38,015 nt of DNA from Seison nebaliae (Eukaryota), in the NCBI GenBank assembly GCA_023231475.1, contig JALJEE010002657.1, positions 1 to 38,015 on the forward strand, in the 5' to 3' direction. The notes beneath the pieces were generated by a model. It did no database searches and had not been told where the DNA came from. It saw only the letters and a list, made by a program, of their open reading frames with translations. Made by a program: the position numbers and the translations under genes. Below, one piece after another: positions 22,738 through 34,990 of this stretch; within the stretch, counting starts at the first letter, position 1, and every line of letters begins with the position of its first letter.

Positions 22738-25700
22738 TTAACCTTTTAAACGAAGATCATAATGATAATCAGTTGATAGAATCCAGTTGAGTGTGCGCAT
22801 CTCTATTTCCAATTTCCATACTATGACGTGCATGCTACTTGGTAGTTTCTCATCTCTGCTAAGAACACCAATCATCGTTTCGCCTAGCGTACTGAACTCT
22901 GGTGTTGGTTCCTTTAACGATCGCTCCTGCATTTCCGTCGATGCATTTACTATTCGATTCCCATTAATTTGAATTACTAGTTTGTCTTCCGTTTGTTCTT
23001 CTTTCAGTTGAGGTGCTTGACTGACATCGACTGACAACCATCGTTCGTTCAGATCTAATCCGTGTACCACTGATGATTTACATAACAGTTCCGCACAATA
23101 AGTGATGTTCAATGTCTTCAGGAAATCATTATACATTATCTTCAAACCATCTCCATGAAACAATGTTAGATGTGAAGGTAATAATCCACTCCATTGTAAA
23201 TGAACACGAACAGTGAATCCATTATTCACAGCAGACAACGATTGGAGCAGACTCTGATAATGATAAGTTATATTGGGTTTATCAGCATAAACTCTTCCGA
23301 AGTCATTGCTCGTGATTAAAGTAATTTTGGGAAAAATATCTGAATAATTATAAATTTAACTTTCTCATTCACAAATCGAAACCTCCATAAATTAACGATT
23401 GCATATTGTATGCAATCTGAGAATAAGATAATAAATTTATCTGGAAGTTTCCTAATTCAAACGACGCACTCTTCAACAGTTTATGATAACTTTGTCCAAT
23501 GATTAATGGTTGCTCGATGGAGAATAAATTATAATCGGATAATAGTGACATATCAGAAATTCCAAATATTGATAACTAAAATTAAATTGATTAAAATAAA
23601 ATTTCATGATACTCTCACTAACACGACGTTTATAATCAGCTATGGCTTCACTGTCAATATACTGAATTGTTTTGAGAATATCCTCAAATTTCTTGTATCT
23701 TCGTGTCGTCTTCGCTTTCATTTCGTTATTAACTGAAATACTTAATGTTGATGATTCATCGAACATGATTTCTACGTAAACCCAATCATTCTTCATCTCT
23801 GAAATATGTTTCGTTGCCAGATGGAAATAATCTTTTCTTAATTCACTGTAAAATAGAACGACAATATTTCCACCACATGACAATGACAAATGACGGGTAC
23901 TAAAATTAATAAAACATATTAAATATTTTTAAGTTAAAAAGAAATTTAAAATATTATAACCGAAGGATATGTAAACGATATTCGTTACATTTTAACCAAA
24001 ATGAAATATAAAAGTTATGAATATGTCCCAATAAGTTTAATGAGGCATCTTGTTCATCATCTTCCAGAATGACAAATGGCATATATTTCGGATTAAATTT
24101 GAAGACGTTTAATTTAATATGTCCTTTAGTCTCATCAGAATTGGTGGCGATTCGTTCGGAGAGAATCCATTTCCAATAAATATTATTGTTCAAAGTGAAT
24201 TTGTATTCCCGCGTTGTTGTTGTGAATCGATCAATTTCATATGGTGAAGATAAATATCGTTTCTCATATAAAATATCGTAATTCCTGAGTATGATAGGTC
24301 CGAATGATATTCCCATTGATTGATATCCAAAATGTAATTTATTTTTCCGATAATATCTCATTTTTGGCACGTCGATCCTTATACAATTCACATGATTCTT
24401 ATTAATGAACAACAACAATTGATTGTCGAAATAGGAAATGATATAAGAGAACCACATATCATATAATGCCAAATCGTTAAAATTTATTTGACATCGATTT
24501 ACACTGAAAGCATTAAACTTTGAGATTAATTTATCATTTTCTAAATAAACATGAAAATTTGGCGATGTAATAATTACATTTGCTGATTTTCGATATTTCA
24601 TTGACGAATCAATTTTTATGAAACATTCGAAATAGAATCCACTACTTTTCATTCGAATGATATTGTACAATATCGATGATTTCGTTAAATATGACACTTC
24701 CGCTAAATTAGTTTTCGTTCGATTTGACTTTCCTGTAATATAATAAAACTTCATGAACATATCATATTCGATCTTGTAAGAAGTGGATTGGAAGACCACG
24801 TCGATATCATACAAATTTAATTCATCTCTTGGGAATTTCCAATCGAAAGAAATTTTCCTTAACGATTTATGTTTATCGAATTTCCCATTTCGTTTCAAAA
24901 CGAATTTGAGATCTTGTAAGATTAATGGATATCCTTCCAGTGAATATCGTAGAGCGTACCGACCAATTTTTTTGTCCAATTCAAAACTAGAAAATTCCGT
25001 ACACTTCTCATATTTCACATTATCAAGTGAATTGGGTGTATTCATGAATGAGGTTTGATGTTCGTCAAGAATCGTCTTAAGACAAATTCGTCTATTATCC
25101 AGTTCAATATAAATATTGTAAAGATGTTGGAAGGATATTGGAACGGATAAACGTTCAAATTTCTTCTTATTACCTTTCTTAAACAGCTGCAAAGTGAGAA
25201 CGGTTTCATATTGCTTCAATAAATAATCGTCATTGACAACGTACGAATTCTCTTCTACTGACAATTTCATCAACGGATAACGATTATGTCGAAATGATTT
25301 GTAAACATCTAATAAATTTTTTTGAGATGTTCGATTAAAATCATCAATGACTTTCGTTTCTACTTTCAAGTCACTATTTCCAAATAAACGTAATTTCATG
25401 TAAATCATAAATTCTATTTGAAAAAGAACTCAATATCTAAAAAATAAAGAATTATTTAACTTTTACATTTGTCCAATTGCCAGAAGGAACATTTTAGATA
25501 ATAACGTCGATTCTTTTTCAAAGCGGAGTATGTTGGTGAGAATGTCAACTTTTTCTTAAAAGGCAGATATAAAGGACTTTCTTCAAATGATCATCGTTAA
25601 AATAATCTTCTTCTGAATTGAATGTTCAACACGGAAAGGAAAACCTGAATATTTATCGTGACGATGACCACCGTTTGAAATACGAAGTTGAGATTCCACA

Positions 25701-25858
25701 TTCTCTTTACTGATAATTTTCATTTTAGTAACATCCAACGAGAAATCTGATAACAGTTTCGCTTCATTGATAATAAGAAGAAAGAATATGAGAATTATAA
25801 ATTTTATATTCTTCCCTTCAAATTGAAATTTCATTGATTTATTTAATAAAGTTTTCAT
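22738..25858 (-). CDS. Large multi-exon secreted protein (roughly 900 aa) with divergent laminin-G/concanavalin-like repeats
   Basis: Collinear minus-strand ORFs separated by short introns. N-terminal hydrophobic segment KFIILIFFLLIINEA. Recurrent W-x-strand-strand-ING-like motifs: MWFSYIISYFDNQLLLFINK, DWVYVEIMFDESSTLSISVNN, RWLSVDVSQ..LVIQINGN. The domain call is tentative and not all junctions were resolved. Confidence 0.6.
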
Positions 25859-26498
25859 TGACGATACTTGGTGAGATGAACAAATGAAAGGATCAATAAA
25901 ATTCAGTTTACTACACTTGAGAGTTTCGTTTAGAAATTGAGCATTTTAGAAAGTTTCCCTTTTACTCGTAATTAGTACACATTCTGTTTGGTGAAGTTTG
26001 TAAATGATATATGTGCATTAATGACGGTTCCTATGATTAACATGATTCGCCTGTTGTATGATAGGTTTAAGCAAACATCCACATACATTACATAGAATAA
26101 AAGGATACGGTGGTTGGTTGAATATGTCTAATTGTTTTCTCTAAACCAGCAACAAAACAATTAACTTAATTTATTTATAGATATTTCATTTTTCTTCAAC
26201 TTATCACTTCAGCTTATTTCCAGTTCTTATCCGTATCAAAAACAAAGGAAAAATTGAATACTGTCAGAAATTTAAGAAATCATATGAAAACCGGAAAAAA
26301 GACAAGATGGAAGCAGAAATATAGTCCCCACTAAAAATAGAGTTTTGATTTGATGTAGCTTAAAAAATCAGTTTATGAAGAGTCGAAAAGAACGTTTGAG
26401 GAAAAATTTTTTTAAACCATAAAATTAGAATTAGTAGCTGTCAATAATCACGAGAAATAAAAGTGATGATATAAAAAAGAAGTTTGAAAAAAAATAGA

Positions 26499-28670
26499 AT
26501 GGGAAAAAAGAAACAAAAGAATGTCGATCGTTTATCGAAGAAACAGGAGAAGAAGAATGCAAAAGAATTAAAGAAAGAAATTCAACAATCGGGAGAGGTT
26601 TACTAATTTGATTTTTAAATAAAGTAATTTCAAGTTGAGAAATTCAGATTCCAATCGAAGAATTAATTAAAAAGAAAGAAATCGAATCGAATGATAAAGG
26701 AAATCATGTCAAATTCCATCAGATGGAAAGTGGTCCAAATAGGAGATGTTATGGCAGTTTCACAGCTCATCCGGTTAAGAATGAATTGATCATGTTTGGA
26801 GGTGAATATTATGATGGCGAGAAAGTTAGAGAATGAACAAATTTGAAATATATCAAATTCATTTTAGATGTATGTTTATGATGATCTATTCATTTATCAA
26901 GTTAAAAAGAATCAGTGGGTGAAAGTGGATTATGGAACTGGTCCAACGGGACGCAGTTCTCATCAAATTATCGCTACGAGTCGTGGAAAAGGTGGTGAAT
27001 TGTGGATGTTCGGTGGTGAATTTACATCAGAGACTCAATCACAATTTTATCATTTGAAACAATTATGGCGATTAGATTTAGACACGTTTCAATGGGAGAA
27101 GATTATGTTAAACTTTTTTCTTTCTTCCTTTACATTTCACTCACTCTTATCCTAACGTTAGTGCTCCCAATGGACCGAGTGCTCGAAGTGGACATTCGAT
27201 GGTTTTACATCAGAATCATTTAATTGTTTTTGGAGGATTTCATGACGATTTGAGGTTTCATTTTCATATTCTAACTTTAATTTATTCCAAACGATTTTAT
27301 TTCAAAAAGAATATGTCGATATTTTAATGACCTTCACATCTTCTCATTAGATAATAGAGAATGGATTAAAGTAATCGATTTTGGTCTTGTCTGCACATCA
27401 TTTCCAACCGAACGATCGAAAGCTCATTTATTTTCTGTTCCATCGTGTGAGAAGTTTCCCAATGGTAAAATAATATTATTTGGAGGATATTCGAAAGAGA
27501 TTCCGGCGGAATTAAGGACAAAATCGATTGAAATTCAAGATGAGAATTCGGTGGGACATACTCATCGAGATATGTTCGAATTTATTCCATCTTTCGAAGT
27601 CATTCAATCCACCACTACCACAACATCAAGTTGTATCGTTAAAAGTAAGAAGAATCAAAAGAAGAAATCGGCGAAAGACAATTCTCGAAATAATATTCAA
27701 TTGAAATCATGGACATGTTCGGAAGTGAAACAAAGTAAAACATCATTCCAACCATCAGTCAGAACGTCAGCACTTTTTCTTCCTTATTTGCAAAAGATGA
27801 ATTTAGAGAAGAAAATTCCAGCAATTTATTCCGTATATTTCGGAGGAGTTGCTGATTATTCGAAGAATAATAAAAATGAATTAGTGACAGATTATGAGGA
27901 CGGATTATGTGAAACGACTTTCTTTAACGATCTCTATTCGTATGATTCATCACGTAATAAATGGAGACGAATGTATGAACGAAAGAAATTGAGTAAAGCC
28001 ATCAAAGATGATAAAATTCATAAAGATGATGATGATAATGATGAAGAGATGGGCGAAGGTGATAAAGAGAGTTTAGAAATCGAACAATCATCAAATGTGG
28101 AAGCGAAAGAAGTTTCTGGTGAAAAATTCAATTTGAAAATCGAAACGGAAAAAATTGAGAACGATAAACGCATCTTCATCGACGAACACAATTATCAGGA
28201 CGATGATTGTTTCTTTCTTTTTCTAATTAATTTCTAACAATTCCAATCATTATCTTGTTCAGACGAAACGGATGAAGAAGATATTAACAAGAAAGTTATG
28301 GTGAATGCTCCCAGACCACGAATGTCATCAATGGGATGTGTGAAGAACTCGATTCTTTATATTTTTGGCGGAATTTTCGAAACTAAAACTTCGAAACAAG
28401 TTCCTTTTTTATTACAATTATTCAAATTTATTAAAATTATTTAAACTTTAGATATTTCTTCAGGATTTCCACTCCGTCAATTTACAGCAAATCAATAAAG
28501 GATGGAATGAAATCATCAGAGATGATATTCAAGAAAAAGTTTCGATTTTTTTTTCTACTCTTCAAAAAAATGATGTGTTGAAACAGGACGTGAAGAACGA
28601 GGACTCAGAATCAGATTCAGAAAGTGAGACAGATACAGAATCGGAAAGTGAAAATGAATTAATGGATTAA
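26499..28670 (+). CDS. KLHDC4: Kelch domain-containing protein 4
   Basis: Eight exons join in frame. MGKKKQK start, FTAHPVKNELIMFGGEYYDG, RSSHQ..LWMFGGEFTSETQSQFYH, GPSARSGHSM..FGGFHD, FFNDLY, PRPRM..LYIFGGIFE, acidic C-tail. Confidence 0.92.
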
Positions 28671-28806
28671 AATATTTCCAAATAAACATTCAAATTGACC
28701 ATAATCCAATTAAATGTATCATTGAATTTAAGTATAATATTAAAATGAATTTATTGAAAATAAAAGAAAAATATGGCACGGAAGAGAAGAGAATTTGACT
28801 GAAAAA

Positions 28807-29088
28807 TTAATTTTTATATTTCCTTCTCGAATTGACATGAATGTAGAAAATGGACAATTGCTCCAATCGTTTTAATGGTTTTGTTGCTTTCCATAATTTT
28901 TTTCCTTTCGCTTTTTGAATTAAACGAGATCTCGTTATTTGAGTTGGATGAACGATATATTTACGATCGTTAGATTTTTTGGGGTTTGTGCACATAATGG
29001 GTTGGAAGATGGAATTAATGACATCAGCATTTCTCTTCCAATTCTGACTTGCGTACGTGATAGTTGACGTGACTGCTGTTCTTTCCAT
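28807..29088 (-). CDS. Hypothetical basic protein or terminal exon
   Basis: 93-aa ORF whose frame stays open ~40 codons further upstream; no family recognised. Confidence 0.25.
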   Translation of the reverse strand: MERTAVTSTITYASQNWKRNADVINSIFQPIMCTNPKKSNDRKYIVHPTQITRSRLIQKAKGKKLWKATKPLKRLEQLSIFYIHVNSRRKYKN

Positions 29089-30090
29089 TTCGTCGATTGT
29101 CTCACGATTATATGAAATGATGAAGTTGATGAAATGAAATGTTGGAAGGAATCGACTTAAATAGTTGGAACAGTCAGGAGGATGAAAGAGTCTTATTATG
29201 ATTGAAATGCTTTCATCTCAACATTTCACATCAAAGGAACATTGTCGGGTAGTTTGATGTTTTGAACGACAATAATAAAGTAATAGTCAAAACTACAAAG
29301 TAAACATTTTCAGTTTTTGCTGAGCTTAGTTTAATGACAGTTGTGATTGATTAGTTATTTCGTTATTAATTAAATCTTAACTTGTTGGAAATGAATAATG
29401 ATATGTAGGAATGAATCAACAAATATTCCACCTACTTTCTCCTTCCCCCACAACTTACAACGAGATTTTATATATTTATCTTTTTTCATTTATCCTACTC
29501 CCACTCTTCTTATCCTCTCAATTTACAACTATTCAACAATATCCATTCTCAATTCTCAATTAAATTTCATTAAATTCTTGAATGAAAATTCTCTGTAAGT
29601 TTTCATGTATGTTCCTAAACGAGTAGTATTCCTAATAATCATTATTATCAATTGGCTGACAACTTAAATTTTTTTCTTAGAAATACCTCATCATGTAAGA
29701 ATGTAAAAAAAAATTTCTAATTTCTAATTTTTCTTAATTTCTCGATAAATAACATGTATAGTTCATAACAATTCAATATGTGAAAAAAATTTGATATAAG
29801 TAAAAACATTTAGTTGTTTGTTATTATTCTGGTGAGGAGAGTTAATAGAATAAAGGAGAAATAAGACAATTAAATTGAGCAAGATTATTTATGGCACGTG
29901 TTGTAAAGCTTATTAAAGAAAAAAAAGAATTGATGGAAATAACCTTCCAATTATTCTACGCAGTGTAGTCGATGAAAGAAATTAAGAGCGGAAAAAGAAT
30001 TGTTCGACAACTTACAATTCCAATTCACGGCTTCACACCATTTCGTTAAGAAGATTAATCAATCTTATTGAAAGATTTGATCGGACAACA

Positions 30091-32217
30091 ATGGCAAAGA
30101 ATGACAAGAAGGAATGTGTATCTGTAAATGGAGACGGAGCGTCCGTGAATCCAATGAATGGACTAACAAATGATTTGAATGAGAAGATGAAATCAGAAGC
30201 ACTTGAACTGAAGGAGAAAGCTAATAAATTCTTCAAAGGTGTCCTTCTTATTTTTTTCTCCTTCATCTCTAATATCATCTTATAGAGGCAAATTATTCGG
30301 AAGCTGTCAACTTGTATACCGAGTGCATTAAATTAGATGGGACGAATGCAATCTTCTATTGTAATAGAAGTCTCGCCAATTTGCGACTCGAACTCAATGG
30401 AGCGGCATTGGCTGATGCAGCTGACGCACTCAAATTGCAACCGGGACTTATTAAGGCGTTATATCGTCGAGCATCAGCTAATGTAGCTATTGGACGATTG
30501 GGTGCAGCAATGAATGATTTGGAGACGGTTTCCAATCTATTATTCGAAATAATAATTGTTAAATTTCGTTAATAATCTAAATGAAAAGGTGTTGGGCAAA
30601 TTGCCAAACAATCCAGAAGTTAAAAAAAAATTGAGATTATTAAAAGAAATGGCATTCCTTCGTTCCATCAGGAATCCGAACGCTGAAAAAGAAACATATT
30701 CGAATGATTATTACAAATCAATAAGTTTCTCAAACTATTTAAATTATGTTCATGACATTTTCATATAGATATCAATGAGAATTACGAAGGTCCACGAATT
30801 CAGGATGATGGCGAGATTACTGAACATTTTATGTCGAATCTCCTCAATTGGTTCGAACAAGGCAAAAATTTACATTTGAGATATGCATTCCAAGTTAATT
30901 TCGAAATTGATAAACTTCATTCGATTATCGATCAAAATAGATGTTGTTGAAATTTAGAGAATTTATGAAAAAATTACCGTCGCTTATCGATATTACATTC
31001 CCCGAAGAGAAACATTTTACAGTTTGTGGTGACATTCATGGACAATTTTATGATTTATTGAATATCTTCAAAATTAATGGGAAACCGTCTACCGATAATC
31101 CGTATGTTAGTTCTTAAACATATTATTTCTTACATTTCCATTCTTACATATTTGAGCATTGTTAATTGAACAATTCTCATTGAATGATGATATTGCAGGG
31201 GTACGTAAACATTCAGAATGTCGAATGTGCGAATAATTATCGATGGCGTTATCATGTAAATAGCTGAATTTTCGTATGATAATACATCGTAAAATTATTT
31301 GCGGACAAAGCAATCACTGATAAAATAAATGGAATTATATTATTTTCATTAGAAAAATGAGAATTTGCAAATTTTTTAATTTTTCTCTTTTCTCTTCAAA
31401 GTTATTTAATGGAGATTTCGTTGATCGTGGATCATTTAGCGTCGAATGCATCTTTACATTGATCGGTTACAAATTATTATATCCCAATCACTTCTACATG
31501 TCAAGAGGTTCGTCATTCAAATAATTTTCCTCAAATCATAATTCAATTAATTTCAGGTAATCATGAATCGATTCATATGAATCAGATGTATGGTTTCGAA
31601 GGAGAAGTAACGGAGAAATTAAATTCAGCATGTGCATCACTCTTCCATGACGTTTTCAATACATTGCCGTTATGTCATGTGATCAATAAGAAAGTTTTCG
31701 TAACTCATGGTGGTATCGGGAAAGAGGAAACGTTCAATTTAGAAGAAATAAGGAAAGTGAATCGCTTCCGTCAACCACCAGATAGTGGAATCATGTGTGA
31801 TTTGTTGTGGAGCGATCCATTTGATGGTGTTGGAACATTCGCTTCAAAACGAGGCGTAGGAATCCAATTTGGTTCGGATATTACAGAGAAGTTTTGTGAG
31901 AGAAATAATTTGCTATATGTGATCCGTTCACATGAGGTGAAGATGGAGGGCTATGTCGTCCAACATCATGGCAAACTGATAACAGTATTCTCTGCTCCCA
32001 ATTATTGCGATCAAATTGGAAATAAAGGAGCGTTTATTCGATTGACAGGATCAAAACTCACTCCAAATTTCACTTCTTTCGAAGCAACGGTTAGAATTCA
32101 TAAAATATTTTTATTGTGAAAAAGAACGATTGAATTTCTTCTCTTTTTAAGGAACATCCACAAGTACGAGCCATGAAATACGCAAATCCAATGCTTGGTT
32201 TACTCGGTATGAGATGA
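30091..32217 (+). CDS. PPP5C: Serine/threonine protein phosphatase 5 (TPR plus PPP catalytic domain)
   Basis: Exons 30091-30238, 30286-30527, 30589-30724, 30769-30893, 30941-31105, 31402-31507, 31557-32089, 32152-32217. TPR residues [24 protein letters not shown] motifs GDIHGQ, GDFVDRG, RGNHE, HGG, DLLWSDP, RSHE, FSAPNYC; C-terminal [11 protein letters not shown]. Confidence 0.97.
31180..31324 (+). ncRNA. Intronic box C/D snoRNA candidate, SNORD94-like (U6 snRNA 2'-O-methylation guide)
   Basis: Box C ATGATGA 31184-31190 and box D CTGA 31317-31320, in the only long (296 nt) PP5 intron. GCAGGGGT after box C is antisense to U6 GCCCCUGC. Long internal hairpin present. Resemblance to SNORD94 is from memory. 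Confidence 0.65.
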
Positions 32218-34570
32218 TGATTTCGATAATAATAATAACGACTCATCAATTCGATTACGGTAACCACCTGTAAGTACACGATATAAAGATTTATTATAAT
32301 TTATTAATTGAATTGTAATTAATAATGATTAGAGCCGAACGAATATTGATTATGATTTATTTATATATTGGTTTATTTTAATAAAAATATTTCATGGAAG
32401 TTTACTTTTGTTCGTAACAAATAAAAAAAATACATACCTGTTATCAACGATACAATACCACCACAAAGTACAGTGGCAGAAAATCCAATAAGCGAATACC
32501 ACATAAATGATATATGGAAAAAATAATTATTGGGATCTTTGCTGATTGTATCACCAAACGCATTAGATAAGGCGACAGCCAAACCGAAAAGTGTTCCTAT
32601 ACCTGCTCCCTATTATGGAAATGAAATGTTACTTCTTATAAGATATCGATTGAGCGGAAAATTGAGAAACAATTGAGTTAGTGAAAGAGAATAAAGATCC
32701 CAAAATAAAGAGACCGAGTAAAGGAGACCCAAGAGCTCCATTGAATTTGTAAGACATTGTAACTAAAGTGTCTGGGTATTTGCTGAACATTAATGCAAAT
32801 GCAATACCAATTGCTCCATAAAATGCCACTGCCAATTCCCAAATGGAATAATTCATTAAATTTTAATATATATATTTAAAATTATAACCTAATAGTTTGG
32901 TAATGAGGATTGGTTTAATAAAACGTTCGAATTTCTTCTGCCAAATCGGTTCAATATAATCCTGCCACGTAATAGTGGATAAAGCATTCAGGATGGAGGA
33001 TACAGAACTTAAAGATCCGCTAAATATTGCTGCTAGAAAGATACCAGTTACACCTCTAGCGTTTCCCAACAAGTCCAAAACGAAATAGGGTAATAACTGT
33101 GTCGTATAATGGAGAAATATTAAGACGGAAATATTAAATATTGAAAAAAAGAAACTTGGTTACTGTTCGTGATGTATCGATGTTTCAATGGATCTCCATT
33201 TCGAAAATAAGCACTCATAATCAGTCCGGTTATTGTGCAAATTAACATGAGAAAGACTCCACCAGGAATATTTAATAAGAATGCACTGAAAATTAATAGA
33301 AGTATTGAGGAGAATGTTGAATGAAATTTAAGAAATAACATTCTCCCGTGCAGGACGGTTTTCGCTGCAGAAAATCGTTGAATGACCTGTTGATCAATTG
33401 CATAAGGAAACATCCAATTAAAAATTGTGCCAATCATCATATTTGTGTATGTGTAGCGATTGATTAAATTCTCACCTGAACTATAAACTTTGAAGAATGA
33501 ACAATGTTTTTTGGAGTTTTTGATTTAACCTTGGAAAATTTAATTTCCCTTGTTTTTTGATAATTGAAAAAGTATTTGACCATCCACCGATCTTCGACGT
33601 CCCCTTAATTTATCTATTATTAATTAAAACTTTATAAATAATCGAACAATGAAGATGACGAGAAGCATTCCGAGAAACATTATACCTGTTTGTACAACAT
33701 CCGTCCAAATAACGGCACGCATTCCTCCCTAAGAAACGAATTAGTAAAATTAATCCATATCAATTTATATGAATTAACAATAGATGTATATACTATGCAA
33801 ACGATACCAATCACAATAATGGCTAAAGTTGTATCGAAAGTTGTGACTGTAGGAGAGAATTTAAAGTTGAATTATTAAAATTACAAATAATGATACCTCC
33901 ACTGATGGCTATTGCTGGACCATATAAAACCATTCCACATGCAAGTAACTACAAAACTGATTGTAGTAATAAGATATTTTTATAAGAATTAACTGCTCTC
34001 ATTATATAAATCAGAGAACCGAAATATTTGATAGATATATGGAATCTTCTTTCTAGATACTGATCAGAAGAAATCATAGAAATGTTAGATGAATTAGAAA
34101 GGAAATATAACTTCGAACACAGATACAACTTTTAATCTTCGGAAAAAAGGCCCGAAAACCAATGCTCCAACAATCGGCGCTATAACAATTCCAGTTGTCG
34201 ATAAAAAGAAGAATAATCCATATTTATAAACTTCGGCCGGCGTTCCTAATAAGGTACTCGCCGAAAAGAAACTAGCTAATATGGAAATGGCCAATGGAAA
34301 TGCTCCTAAACTCTCCGAGGCGACTAAAAAATCCTTTATATCTTCTTGCTCTTCTTTTGCAGTACTGGGTTGTGAAACATTTTTATCAAAACTTTTTAAT
34401 TCAATTGTATATTCTGGACGATAATCTGTGTGTGTAAACTCTTTTCTTTGTTTCGTTCGACGATCCTTTCTAAATCGTTCAATTGCAAAATATAAACCGA
34501 CAAACACGGATAGCGACAATAATAAGGAGAAGGTGACATAGTCATACACGGATAATATTTTCGTTGACAT
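32200..34570 (-). CDS. SLC5A: SLC5 sodium:solute symporter (SMVT/SMCT/NIS-like)
   Basis: Multi-exon. Motifs DYVTFSLLLSLSVFVGLY, SILASFFSASTLLGTPAEVYKYG, GGMRAVIWTDVVQ, DQQVIQRF, GIFLAAIFSGSLSSVSSILNALS, PLLGLFILG, ISFMWYSLIG..VSLITG. Last exon modelled at 32267-32200. Confidence 0.93.
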
Positions 34571-34990
34571 AATTAGAAATTTAACTATTTAAACTAATAA
34601 AGTGATGATATGTAGAACGCATTGTTGACATAGTTTAAGATTACTCAAAGTAGAACTAAAAACTTTTATAAACTTCACAATATCAATAATTTTCACATTT
34701 CTAAATTCTTGTAATGAATTGCCTTTTCTCTTTTCCCTCACTGGTCTGGTTCCTTTTCCGATCATATTTGCATGGAGGATCTTAAGAATCTTGGATGGAG
34801 TTTCGACGAATCCGTCGTTTCAAAGAAATGGATTCGTTAATCGTAGAGATGCTCGAAAATGATCGGTCGATTCTAAGACATGTTCGAGATTATTATGATC
34901 TACAGTTCTCACCAACTTCCTCTGAGTTCAAAAATTTTATTTTTAACTTTTCTCCATCTAATTTTCTTCCTCATCTCTTCGATGTCAGGA

